DNA of 36,362 nucleotides from a virus (lineage: Duplodnaviria > Caudoviricetes). The notes beneath the pieces were generated by a model. It had not been told where the DNA came from. It searched no databases and was given only the letters and a program-made list of their open reading frames with translations. The first letter of the stretch is position 1. Each line of letters opens with the position of its first letter. The stretch covers positions 1 through 36,362 of IMG/VR virus record IMGVR_UViG_3300037467_002711. One strand, 5' to 3'. The position numbers were made by a program, and so were the translations under genes. Positions 1 to 9,588 of the stretch are shown in pieces.

Positions 1-1516
1 TCAAATTACCATCGCCTCCTACAACTTGATAGTTTTGCCCCATCCATGTAATAGAAGCGGTGCTACCGGCAACAGACGTTACAAAAGCTGGCAGCCCATT
101 TAAGTTTCTACTTGGTGAAGAATAATCTTCTACCAAATTGGTCACCGCACTGCCACTTGATATTTTGTTATTTAGTTGGGCCTGTATCTTCCCCATCGCC
201 GCCAAGATATTATCGGTGGCAGCTAACGCTGTATTTGTACCAACCGTGTACCCTGTTAAAGCAGTTGAAAGAACTCTTGCTGTGGTAAAGTATTGGTTAG
301 TTCCTTCCGCAATGTCAGAAGTGGTGGCATCTGCACCAGCAGTTACCAACCCTTTACTATCGTAGGTGATTTTAGTTTTGGTAGCTCCAGTTATAGAAGT
401 ATTTGGCGCAACATAATCAGTACCTGCTACTGCTGTGGTAATAGTGCTGCCGTTCCCTTTTAAAATCCCCGTTAATGTTGTAGCAGTGCTACTGGTTATA
501 GTAGTAGAAGGAATAGCTCTATACCCCACTTTGTATGTAGTAGGGTCATATACCATCATATTATCACCCGCCGCTGCGGAGTTAGGAAGTTTCTTTATTT
601 GAAAATCAACATCATTCCATGTGGTACCCGCATCTGAAGTAGTGGTGAAATAAAGCTTATTAGCTAAAATGTCAAATTGTGTAGCTGTTCCACTGGTCAT
701 TGTGGACAGCAACACTTCATTGTTATAGGCTTGTACCTTACCAAATCCCGTTGTATTGTTTTTGTGCAAAACAGCACTTGTACCGTCTACAATGAATTTA
801 GAATAGTTAGAAGCATCTCCTACTTGTTTTTTCCAAATTTCAATAGAACCGGCAGAGCCAGTTAAATAAGTATAATTACTTCCCGCTGTACCTGATATAT
901 TACCTCCGTCAAATTCAAACCAATTAAGGTTTTTCATCCATAGACCATTATTATTACCATCAACTGTTCTAGTGCTACTGGAAATAACCCCATCTGTTGT
1001 GTATAGGTTAATGGGTGTACCCGTCAGCTCACTATAATTAATTTGCTTTCGTGTATAAGCACTTCCATTCCAGTTCAAATACTTATTAGTGGTGGCATCT
1101 GCTGATACTGGGATATTTTTGATGATACTGTTTACTGTAGGGTCAGTTTCGGTTGCTACATAATCCGTTCCGGCTACCGCTGCAGAAATGGTAGTTCCAT
1201 TAGATTTGACTATACCATTTATAGCGGCTACTACAGGATCGGTTTCTGTACCTGAACCTATTGGAACCCAGGCTTCACCATCAAATATGTAGGGTTTGGA
1301 ATCATCCGTGTTAAAGAAGGTGGAACCGGCTCTAACTGTAAAATCGAATCCAGTGAATCCTGAGTGTCTTGGGAAGTGTAGTAATTTTCCAACCTCTAAT
1401 GCCCCTAAAACCTTAATTGTGGATTTGGTATTTCCTAAAGGAGTACCCGCATCCTGGGCATAGCTAGTTGAAATTAACGCAGTAATAAATGTAACTAAAA
1501 GGAGTAGTCGTTTCAT
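1..1516 (-). CDS. Fibre-like virion protein with an N-terminal Sec signal peptide (3' end runs out of the window)
   Basis: Absent from the ORF track; translated by hand and open from ATG 1516 to the window edge. Starts MKRLLLLVTFITALISTSYA|QD. Contains ETDP twice, G(I)xKxNGxTIxxAVAGTDYV twice, and fibre-type motifs KITYDSKGLVTAG, DIAEGTNQYFTTAR and DNILAAMGKIQAQL. Thr/Gly/Ser-rich and located downstream of the capsid genes. Confidence 0.75.
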   Translation of the reverse strand, partial: MKRLLLLVTFITALISTSYAQDAGTPLGNTKSTIKVLGALEVGKLLHFPRHSGFTGFDFTVRAGSTFFNTDDSKPYIFDGEAWVPIGSGTETDPVVAAINGIVKSNGTTISAAVAGTDYVATETDPTVNSIIKNIPVSADATTNKYLNWNGSAYTRKQINYSELTGTPINLYTTDGVISSSTRTVDGNNNGLWMKNLNWFEFDGGNISGTAGSNYTYLTGSAGSIEIWKKQVGDASNYSKFIVDGTSAVLHKNNTTGFGKVQAYNNEVLLSTMTSGTATQFDILANKLYFTTTSDAGTTWNDVDFQIKKLPNSAAAGDNMMVYDPTTYKVGYRAIPSTTITSSTATTLTGILKGNGSTITTAVAGTDYVAPNTSITGATKTKITYDSKGLVTAGADATTSDIAEGTNQYFTTARVLSTALTGYTVGTNTALAATDNILAAMGKIQAQLNNKISSGSAVTNLVEDYSSPSRNLNGLPAFVTSVAGSTASITWMGQNYQVVGGDGNL

Positions 1517-1534
1517 ATAAACTAGATTAGCTAA

Positions 1535-2170
1535 TTATTTGCCTGTTATTGTTATTATATCGTCTGTATTGAATGGTACGAGCTTTGAAAACTCTCCGGT
1601 ATCTGGGTCGATATTCCAGTTATCTAATGAGGTTTGATTCTCCGGAGTATGGAGGTTGTAATTATAAATCTCAGAACCATTTAGGGTTACTGTTATGTTT
1701 TCCCAATCCTTATCCTTTAAGACATTTAGTATAAATGAGCTTTCCCCATCAGCTGGATAATTCTCTCCCGCACCTGGCACTAAGGTTGGGTCACCAACCC
1801 TAAAGGCAACACGGAAGGCATTGCCACTAAAATGTTTAGCAATTTCACTCCATAATACCTTATACCATTGATTGTTATAATAGGCAAAGAATATTGCGTT
1901 ATCATTAAACTTGTAGGTAAGGTATTTACTTAAAGTTGGGAGGTAGGAAGTGGGAACTGATATGGGTTCTACGTTGGTAGATATAACCCCATAATACTCA
2001 GCTTCGGTTATTTGGACTATAACCCCAGTGTTAAGGGCCTTTATTACGTCCTCATTAAGGTTTAAGTAATCTAAGGCTGCAGCAATATTGTCCGGGTCAC
2101 TAAGGCTTAGGTTCAACCTTTCATCCTTATACTCGGTAACACTGCCTAATTTTACATATATTAAAGGCAT
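1535..2170 (-). CDS. Putative virion (head-associated) protein
   Basis: 211 aa ORF between the major capsid gene and the fibre gene; function inferred from position only. Confidence 0.55.
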   Translation of the reverse strand: MPLIYVKLGSVTEYKDERLNLSLSDPDNIAAALDYLNLNEDVIKALNTGVIVQITEAEYYGVISTNVEPISVPTSYLPTLSKYLTYKFNDNAIFFAYYNNQWYKVLWSEIAKHFSGNAFRVAFRVGDPTLVPGAGENYPADGESSFILNVLKDKDWENITVTLNGSEIYNYNLHTPENQTSLDNWNIDPDTGEFSKLVPFNTDDIITITGK

Positions 2171-2189
2171 ACAGCTGGTTTATAAAGCT

Positions 2190-2220
2190 AAAAAAGCCCA
2201 TTACCGTTAGATAATGGGCT
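2190..2220 (-). terminator. Intrinsic terminator after the major capsid gene
   Basis: Minus strand AGCCCATTA-tctaacgg-TAATGGGCT followed by TTTTT. Confidence 0.85.
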
Positions 2221-2248
2221 TAGTGAAATTATTGAACGGTTGTTAACC

Positions 2249-3340
2249 TTAGTCCATTGTAACCACTTCCTGGCTAGTAGGATCCATCCATACTGGGAAG
2301 CCATTGGTTGCAAAGGCCTTGCTGTAGTCAAGGGCAATGCGGCTGTCACGGTAGATGGTTGCAAAACCAGTGGTGATGGTTGCAAAGCTTTGCTCAGTTT
2401 GGTTAGAGATGATTTTCTCTGACTCAACCAGCAGGGGCTGTGCATTTAATTTGATAAGGGATGAGCTCTTATCCACAATAACCGCAGTTTTAGCTGGGAT
2501 TGAACCATGGATATATACGCTTGAGGTATTAGGGATTGGGCTCTTAATATCCAAAGCAACTCTCTCATTACCTACTAACCGGGTGTTAACGAATAACTCC
2601 ATCATGTCAGTAGCCATATCCTCACCGCATACTGCAATGGCTGGGTTCTTACCCAAGCGGCCCATTCTTACCCAAATTTTAAGCAGGTCACGGAATACCA
2701 GGGTGTTTGCAGTAGCAACCCCGACAGTTGCGATAGAATCGCTACCATCTTTCTGGTCTCCGTTTAAAAGGGTGGTCAAAGCTAAACCATCCAGGCCCAT
2801 ACCCATTTTAACCCCGAAGTCCTGCATATATATGCTTACCAGGTTAATGGCAACATATTGCAATACTTCGTATGGAACCTTGATACCACGGCCATATTTA
2901 TGAATGCTTACCTCTTTAGATTGGAAGCTTACAGAACCAGTTGTGATGGTCTCTGCAACCCCTACCTTTTTAGGTGTAGCTTCACTCATATTGATGGCAG
3001 GCATTTTAACAGTAGTTTGGGATACTGTTTGCTCACCGGCAATAAGGTTGGGGTAAACTGGAGCTTTACGCAAACCCAGTCTGATAGCATCCCGGAAAAT
3101 CTCTGGGATGAGCCAACGCATAGAGTTGTCGGGCAGGTTAATAATGTTTTGGATGGTATCCAGGGTGGGATTAATTTTTAAGTCCTGGTAAAAAGCATCC
3201 ATTGAAATACCCCATTTTTGCTGGACATACTCCGAAAGGGAGATATCTTGAGGGGCTCTTGAATCCCGGCGGATTGCCTCGCATTGACGAACCGCTTCTT
3301 CAACGTTTTTCGCCACTAGGGGTTTTCTTTCTGTACTCAT
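2249..3340 (-). CDS. Major capsid protein (HK97 fold)
   Basis: 363 aa; segments LIPEIFRDAI, KKVGVAETI and KYGRGIKVPYE resemble capsid proteins; order protease-decoration-MCP followed by a strong terminator. Confidence 0.85.
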   Translation of the reverse strand: MSTERKPLVAKNVEEAVRQCEAIRRDSRAPQDISLSEYVQQKWGISMDAFYQDLKINPTLDTIQNIINLPDNSMRWLIPEIFRDAIRLGLRKAPVYPNLIAGEQTVSQTTVKMPAINMSEATPKKVGVAETITTGSVSFQSKEVSIHKYGRGIKVPYEVLQYVAINLVSIYMQDFGVKMGMGLDGLALTTLLNGDQKDGSDSIATVGVATANTLVFRDLLKIWVRMGRLGKNPAIAVCGEDMATDMMELFVNTRLVGNERVALDIKSPIPNTSSVYIHGSIPAKTAVIVDKSSSLIKLNAQPLLVESEKIISNQTEQSFATITTGFATIYRDSRIALDYSKAFATNGFPVWMDPTSQEVVTMD

Positions 3341-3405
3341 ATAATTATGATTGAGCTTTGATTTATTACTAATAATAAGTTTGGTATCGATTTTTTAGGT
3401 ACCGA

Positions 3406-3843
3406 TTAACCTTGCAGCAATACCCGGACAATTTCACCTGCACCGGCAGCGGCATCCAATGCCCAACCATTGTTTTCAGCAGCAGTGGCTGAATTGGCAT
3501 ACTGGTTGTAGCCTGTGGTACCATCTACATCGGTAGCAGCATCATATCCTTGGTAGGCAACGGGGCCTGTTGCAAGGGCACCAGTGCTAATACCATTGAT
3601 GATGGCAAAGCCACGAGTAATAACGGTTGCTAAATCACCGATAGCTGCAGCTTCGGGAGCATATACATAACCTATCAAGGTATGCAATAAATCCCCTTTA
3701 GCCCAGGCAGTTACCTTGCCATCAGCAGTAAGTTTTACGGGTTGACCATGTTTAAGGGCAACTGCTGCCTCAAACTCAACCGCAATTTTTTCACCCTCTG
3801 TAGCAAGGAAGGTGGTTTTAGATGTTCCGCCTAATACGTACAT
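3406..3843 (-). CDS. Head decoration/cement protein
   Basis: 145 aa, Ala/Gly-rich beta protein (GQPVKLTADGKV...AAGAGEIVRVLL) directly upstream of the MCP gene. Confidence 0.7.
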   Translation of the reverse strand: MYVLGGTSKTTFLATEGEKIAVEFEAAVALKHGQPVKLTADGKVTAWAKGDLLHTLIGYVYAPEAAAIGDLATVITRGFAIINGISTGALATGPVAYQGYDAATDVDGTTGYNQYANSATAAENNGWALDAAAGAGEIVRVLLQG

Positions 3844-3900
3844 ATTTCAGGTTTTATAATGTTAAATATAAAAAGTGTTGTTATCCGATTTTGTTAAAGC

Positions 3901-5370
3901 TTAGTGCATTCCCAGGATTGATTTCTGGGTTTGTTTCCATTGAAGCTCACTTACTGTAGGCTCTACGGTTTTGCCCCCATTTTGTTCTGTAGAACCTTCT
4001 TGCTGGGAAGCAGAGGCTCTGTTTACATTCTCGCTACCGCAATCCTTACAGGTCAATGGGAAGGCTTCTTCCAATTGAGTAGTGTATTGAGTGTTCAGGG
4101 CTTTAAGAGTTGCATAGTCAGCTTTAGCAATTAATCCGGTTACTGCCTCCAGTGGGTTACCCTTAGCGATTACATTATAATTTTTAAGAACCTCGGCACG
4201 GAAGGCATCGGTAAAGGTGTTTACCTGATTTTGCAAGGCAGTCAAAGCCTCTTGGCCTACTGGTGCAGGTGGATTCTCTGTAAGGCGGGTAACTTCTCCG
4301 CTAAGCCTTGTTACCTCGGCAGCTTGGGTAGTATTTGTATTAACCAGGGTAGAAACTCCGTTGGTTACTACGTCTTCGGTTATGGTTTCTTCATTGTATT
4401 CAACTGATTCACCGTTTACGGTATTTTTAAGGCCCATTACCATTGCCAAGGCAAGAAGAAATTGTTTATTCATAACAGTGGAGTTATTGTTGTCGTTAAT
4501 ATTAGAATTAGCAGGTATCGTCGGATTTTCTGAGTTGTTTACCACATCGGTTTTAAAGTCAAACCAGAAAAATTTGGTTGCTGGTGCCTTAGTGGGGTTA
4601 GCAGAGTTATATGATACATCTGCAAATAGGGGGTTATTTATTTCCCCTTTGTCCGTGATTTTCTGGGCATAAGGATCTGCACCATGGGAAACTAATGATA
4701 TTTCATGGTACCTTTTAACATCTGTGGCAATCCTACGAATCATTTTACCTTCCGCATCAAACGTACCTAATTTCCTGAAGAATTCCTCCTCACTTAAAGA
4801 GGCATGGGATTTTTCCCAAAGGAATTGTATAGTTACGGATGTAGAATGTATGGCGGGAGGATCCATCATAATAAGCCTTGCTACCCTTGGATGGCTCTTA
4901 CCATCTATTTTTAGCTTAGCATTAATACCCGCAGGGACAAGGATGCCCGATTTAGTTTTATAGGAATCCTGCCAAGAAACATCAGATACTGCACCAAAGG
5001 CGTTACCAATTGCCATTTCATGGTCAGCATTAACTGTCTGACCTTTTAAAAGGCTCATTGAGTTCTTTAAAACCTTACCTTCGCTAAAATCTACCGGGTT
5101 CCAGTTTTTATGAACTATAACCTCTGATAAAGCCCTAAATACGGGATAAACGAATTCACTTTCTTTGGGTGAAAGGTCCTCGGCTGTTACATCAGGGTAA
5201 TAAGTATTATAGTTGGCAGTATTGGTATCAAATAACCCAAAACTATCCAACTCATCATTTTCCTGATTGAGCAGTTTATTTGCAAGAGCATTCAGGTTAA
5301 CTTTGTCCGGGCAATTACCCATAACAATGTTGTTACCGAATGCCAATCGGATTGTATCTAAAAACTTCAT
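3901..5370 (-). CDS. Prohead protease fused to a scaffold region
   Basis: Candidate catalytic His (VNADHE) and Ser (EISLVSHGAD) in HK97/S78-like contexts; helical C-terminal half; located between portal and capsid genes. Confidence 0.7.
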   Translation of the reverse strand: MKFLDTIRLAFGNNIVMGNCPDKVNLNALANKLLNQENDELDSFGLFDTNTANYNTYYPDVTAEDLSPKESEFVYPVFRALSEVIVHKNWNPVDFSEGKVLKNSMSLLKGQTVNADHEMAIGNAFGAVSDVSWQDSYKTKSGILVPAGINAKLKIDGKSHPRVARLIMMDPPAIHSTSVTIQFLWEKSHASLSEEEFFRKLGTFDAEGKMIRRIATDVKRYHEISLVSHGADPYAQKITDKGEINNPLFADVSYNSANPTKAPATKFFWFDFKTDVVNNSENPTIPANSNINDNNNSTVMNKQFLLALAMVMGLKNTVNGESVEYNEETITEDVVTNGVSTLVNTNTTQAAEVTRLSGEVTRLTENPPAPVGQEALTALQNQVNTFTDAFRAEVLKNYNVIAKGNPLEAVTGLIAKADYATLKALNTQYTTQLEEAFPLTCKDCGSENVNRASASQQEGSTEQNGGKTVEPTVSELQWKQTQKSILGMH

Positions 5371-5395
5371 AAAAATATGGGGTTTAGTATTGTGC

Positions 5396-6928
5396 CTACT
5401 TTTTATCTGGTTTGGGATTAGGTTTGTCCTTTCTCCTTGAGGTCCTAGCTGACTTATTTTTCTGGGCTTTTCTGTCCTTTTTAGCTTTAGATTTATCAGT
5501 AGCTAACCCGGCATCTGGTGATTGTGGAGCTACCCCCGCTAATACCTCGGGATCTACCAATGGAGCGGACTCAGCTGGGGCTTCATAACCTAGTTCATCG
5601 GCCATTTGGTCTTGGTTAATTACGCCCATTATATATTTATCTTTAACGTTACGAACCTTAATTTCCTCGGCTTGTTGGTATTTAAGGTCGTCCTGTATAG
5701 TTGAACGGTTGAATTGTACAGTTAAGTAGTCAAAGTTAAAGCCTGCTAGCCTTAACTCCAAGGCATACCCAAACTCAAGGTTAGTCTTAATGAGGTTTTG
5801 TATATTTCTTAGCTCAGATAGCATCTTCATAAAGACTATGCCCATTGTACCTTCTGAAGAGGAGTAATCTCTACCCCACAGGCTGGCATCTTGCTTTAAG
5901 GCTGAGGCTATTTGGAGCTCATTATTCTTATAGATTTCAACTACCTCACCATATGCTTTTGAGGCTGAGTTGAATTTAAACTCGTGGTCGTCCTTAAACC
6001 CTACTACTACTCCTTCTCTAACACCCCCCATTATACGGGATTTAGCTTGCTTAATATAGGTGTCTAGTCGTGCCTGATAAGCTTTATCAGTCTCACCATC
6101 TTCAATATCGGGTTTAGAAACTAGCGCTTCGAAGAAACCCACTAAGCCTAACATATCAACTATGAAGTCGATGTTGTTATCCATGTGGGTTTGAGCTTTA
6201 ATACGGGGGATTACCGATAAATATGGGGGTATACCATAGGGGAGCTCTTCGTCTCCGCTTAAACCCAGGTATTTATAGGTATTCTCGTTTAGGGGTTTTA
6301 AACCTAACTCAGGTGCTTCACCTATAATAGCGTTCTTAGATTTTTGGAAGGGGATATATTTAGCCCTGCCTTTATCCAGTTTAAATACAATGTTTTCGGG
6401 GTTAATCAAGGCGCAGACCTGGATGCCCGTTAATAAATTATTAGGAACCCACTCGTTTGATAAAGCTCCGGAGATAAGGATTTGGTAGAACATTTTTGTT
6501 ACTAACCCATCCATACCGGCTTGTCCAGATGCCCAGTTTTTACGCTTATTAATGAGGTGGTTCCTCATTTTATCCACTTGCTCAGTGGGTACTTTACGGT
6601 CGAAGGATATTTTGTGACCGGTGTTTCCCAAACTAGCTATATTCCAAACCGCCTGGGAAACGTCCGGATTTAATTGTACCAAAGCCCTAATAATAGGGAT
6701 TAATTCAACCATAAACTGTGGGCTAACCACAGAGAATTGGTCATTTATGCTTAGAATGCTACCGGTTCCTGTGTTAGGCTCACTTTGTCTTCCTGCTGGT
6801 AGTGCCTTAATGTCGGGTCTATCATCTATGCCTGTGGATTTTGTAGGAGCGTTTGAAGTTCCTGCCTCTTGAACAAAAGAAGAGGAGTTGCCTCCCCAAA
6901 ATTTCCACCATGGTTGTTTTGTAGCCAT
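5396..6928 (-). CDS. Portal protein
   Basis: 510 aa directly after TerL; YGIPP and VINQDQMADELGY portal-like segments; Lys-rich tail. Confidence 0.8.
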   Translation of the reverse strand: MATKQPWWKFWGGNSSSFVQEAGTSNAPTKSTGIDDRPDIKALPAGRQSEPNTGTGSILSINDQFSVVSPQFMVELIPIIRALVQLNPDVSQAVWNIASLGNTGHKISFDRKVPTEQVDKMRNHLINKRKNWASGQAGMDGLVTKMFYQILISGALSNEWVPNNLLTGIQVCALINPENIVFKLDKGRAKYIPFQKSKNAIIGEAPELGLKPLNENTYKYLGLSGDEELPYGIPPYLSVIPRIKAQTHMDNNIDFIVDMLGLVGFFEALVSKPDIEDGETDKAYQARLDTYIKQAKSRIMGGVREGVVVGFKDDHEFKFNSASKAYGEVVEIYKNNELQIASALKQDASLWGRDYSSSEGTMGIVFMKMLSELRNIQNLIKTNLEFGYALELRLAGFNFDYLTVQFNRSTIQDDLKYQQAEEIKVRNVKDKYIMGVINQDQMADELGYEAPAESAPLVDPEVLAGVAPQSPDAGLATDKSKAKKDRKAQKNKSARTSRRKDKPNPKPDKK

Positions 6929-6931
6929 AAT

Positions 6932-8428
6932 TTATCCTGGTAATGCTGATACTGTTGAGTACCTGCGTTTTCTAACGAAATTAGTAATAGCTTTAGCAAA
7001 GATGGCGTCGTCAGTATAAACCTCATCGTCCATAAGGTCATCACTTGCTGCCTTGTCCTTGTTCATAGCTACCGGTCTATTACGGGCATCGTAGATAAAG
7101 GTGTAAGCTTCATCACAAAAGAATTTGTCCTTGATTATTACCGACTCAGTCCTAATATCCTCTTCAAGCTCTGCGATAATGATTGGCCTATTCTTCTTAG
7201 TGGTATACCACCCGGGAATAATTTCCTCTTCAGGCTTAGACTTACCCTTCTTACGCAATAACTGACGACTATAATAAAGATTAGTGTACCCATTAGTCTG
7301 AAGATTCATAGCAACACCCAATCCGATGTCATTGCTTTCAGGAGCTACTACTGCTCGGTTATATTTTTTACCCCAAGTAGCAGCAAGTTTTTCAGCCTTG
7401 GTAATTGGTATTTTGCCTTTGAAGCTTACGTACTCCTCACCCGTGGAGTCCATTATACTAAAGGCTGTGTAATCTTGTGACCTTCCCGTGGCAATATCCA
7501 TACCAAGGGTGTATCGTTTGTTCTTTTCCGGTTCTTTAAATACTCTTAGTAACCCGTTCTCCCTCATTTCGATAGGGGTGTAGTCAACTAAGGAGTCCTC
7601 TATATCCCGGATGTCGGATAAGTCAAATACAGTATTACCGGATGTTAAGAAGTCACCATCAATCTCCTGGGCTGTTTTACGTGGTCCTAAAATCTCCGCT
7701 TGTTGTCTATACCAGTTCATGTCCCTTTCGGGGTGCATTTGCCAGTGTAGTCTTATTGGGTTGAAGGCATTACCCCCAGCAACTGCATTAACGAAGAGTT
7801 TGTGGAAGAAATTACCAACCCCATATGCAGTTGAATTTACTATTGCTCTACCCCCCGTTGATAGAGTAGGCCAGGATGCTGCCCAGATTCTCTCTGCCCA
7901 TCTTACTATTGCCGCCTCGTCAATAACCAGGATTGATACAGCCTCTGAACGACCAGCTTCTTCTGTTGTGGGGATGGATGCAATGATTGAACCATTTGAA
8001 AACTCCATCTCCGAAGCTGTACCATAGGAGTCTTCTGTTCTACCATTTACGATTTTAGTCTTAAGGAAGTCGGGCAAGTTCTTATACATGAACTTAATCT
8101 TCCTTAATACCTTCTTAGCAACCCTATCCTTAATGGAAATGATTACGATGTTTTTATGTGGGTGGTACATCGCATACCACAAACAGAAAAGGGATATCAA
8201 CTCTGTGATACCCGCTTGTCTGAATTTTAGGATTACGTTAAACCTTTCTTGTAAGAATTTTAGGAGAACTGCCTTTTGAAAAGGGTATAAGTCGAAAATT
8301 ACTTTACCCCTAAGGGGGTGGATAAGGTAAATGTATTTTGCAAATTCAAAAGGGTCATTGGCACACTTGTTTAAAATGTGGAGCTCCTCTTTTGTAAGGT
8401 TGTGAGTCTCAATTATCTTTCTGCCCAT
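6932..8428 (-). CDS. terL: Terminase large subunit
   Basis: LYPFQ adenine-binding motif, Walker A KFRQAGIT, Walker B ILVIDEAA, coupling motif NSTAYG, RNase H-like motifs LGMDIATG and DDAIFA. Confidence 0.95.
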   Translation of the reverse strand: MGRKIIETHNLTKEELHILNKCANDPFEFAKYIYLIHPLRGKVIFDLYPFQKAVLLKFLQERFNVILKFRQAGITELISLFCLWYAMYHPHKNIVIISIKDRVAKKVLRKIKFMYKNLPDFLKTKIVNGRTEDSYGTASEMEFSNGSIIASIPTTEEAGRSEAVSILVIDEAAIVRWAERIWAASWPTLSTGGRAIVNSTAYGVGNFFHKLFVNAVAGGNAFNPIRLHWQMHPERDMNWYRQQAEILGPRKTAQEIDGDFLTSGNTVFDLSDIRDIEDSLVDYTPIEMRENGLLRVFKEPEKNKRYTLGMDIATGRSQDYTAFSIMDSTGEEYVSFKGKIPITKAEKLAATWGKKYNRAVVAPESNDIGLGVAMNLQTNGYTNLYYSRQLLRKKGKSKPEEEIIPGWYTTKKNRPIIIAELEEDIRTESVIIKDKFFCDEAYTFIYDARNRPVAMNKDKAASDDLMDDEVYTDDAIFAKAITNFVRKRRYSTVSALPG

Positions 8429-9031
8429 TTACTTAAGTCTAAACTTACCACCAATTTGAAAATCCCAGTTTGGAGCTCGGGTTGAAAATTGACCCCGAGT
8501 GAATAAACCAACCCGTTTATACTCAATAGTACCTTCAGTGGCCAAGTAAGAAGCCTTACTGAATGGGTTATAACCAAGGTATAACCAAGCTGATGTAGTT
8601 ATGGGGGATCTTATACTAACCTTAGTTTGGGTAGGGGTTCCCGCCAGGGTATCCTTTAACCAAACGTAATCAAAATCCCTAAGGTCAACTGGGTACTGTT
8701 TTGTTAGGTACTTACCCAAACTATCCTTGAAGGTAAAACTAAGGCGGCTTTGGGAAATTAGCTGTTTTACCAAAACCAGGTTAGGGTTAGTGGTATCACG
8801 GTATATTGTGTCGTGTATTATTACCTTCTCGGGCCTTATAGGTATATACCCGCTGGGGATAACCATAATGGGTACAGTATCCCCTATAACTGTATCGGTT
8901 TTAGTTGGTTGGGGTAATTGGTGTATATTATCACCATCCTTGGGCTTATTGCAGGTTTTGTAAAGCAATACAGCCACCAATACTATCAAGAACCCTAATA
9001 ACAGGGTATTTAGGTATTTGTTATTGAACAT
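8429..9031 (-). CDS. Membrane-anchored protein, spanin-like candidate
   Basis: N-terminal transmembrane helix, DT(V/I) repeats, C-terminal amphipathic beta strands; adjacent to the endolysin gene. Confidence 0.5.
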   Translation of the reverse strand: MFNNKYLNTLLLGFLIVLVAVLLYKTCNKPKDGDNIHQLPQPTKTDTVIGDTVPIMVIPSGYIPIRPEKVIIHDTIYRDTTNPNLVLVKQLISQSRLSFTFKDSLGKYLTKQYPVDLRDFDYVWLKDTLAGTPTQTKVSIRSPITTSAWLYLGYNPFSKASYLATEGTIEYKRVGLFTRGQFSTRAPNWDFQIGGKFRLK

Positions 9032-9129
9032 AATGGTATGGGTTTAGAACCCCACAGTAACCTCCTTAATAAAATATATACTTATAGTATATTTTATAGG
9101 GGTATGTAGGGCAGCTTATTTTAGGTATA

Positions 9130-9588
9130 TTAGGCTATGAAATCCTGGTAATATTTATTTACCTGAGTAAGGTATGCCTTAACACTAATACCGAAGAAGC
9201 CTTTCTTACCTAAAAAGGCCACATAATCCTCTACCGATTGGATTTTGGTAAAGTCTACCTTATTGTACCTGAGCCAATTTACCAAATCCTTAGTACTATC
9301 CTCAATTGAGGCATATCGGGCATAATTGGTATTTCCCTCTGATTTGGGTGGGGCATTTTTAACCTTTCCCAGTGTAGCAGGCCCAATGATGTAGGGGGTT
9401 TTACGAACTGCTGGGATTTTCATACCAAACCCATTTTTATCGTCTGTGAACAACGAAGAGGTAAAATTGCCGGTCTCTACCCTGCTTTGACTTGCTATAA
9501 ACTGGCAAATGTGATGGGGTACCCCCTCCTGGGTAGCTGCCACAATAATTCGGTTACAAATTGTTTGAGTAAGGATGTTCATTGCCAT
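9130..9588 (-). CDS. Endolysin, glucosaminidase (GH73-like) family
   Basis: SQSRVETGNF (catalytic Glu), NGFGMK and YASIEDS motifs. Confidence 0.8.
   Translation of the reverse strand: MAMNILTQTICNRIIVAATQEGVPHHICQFIASQSRVETGNFTSSLFTDDKNGFGMKIPAVRKTPYIIGPATLGKVKNAPPKSEGNTNYARYASIEDSTKDLVNWLRYNKVDFTKIQSVEDYVAFLGKKGFFGISVKAYLTQVNKYYQDFIA

Noticed and set aside
6932-8428. Intein or intron in the terminase
   Set aside because: The 498 aa protein has contiguous ATPase and nuclease motifs with no insertion.
138-8963. Plus-strand ORFs over the structural genes (for example 2355-2903, 4361-4672, 7611-8027)
   Set aside because: They are antisense shadows of well-supported minus-strand genes and show no motifs of their own.
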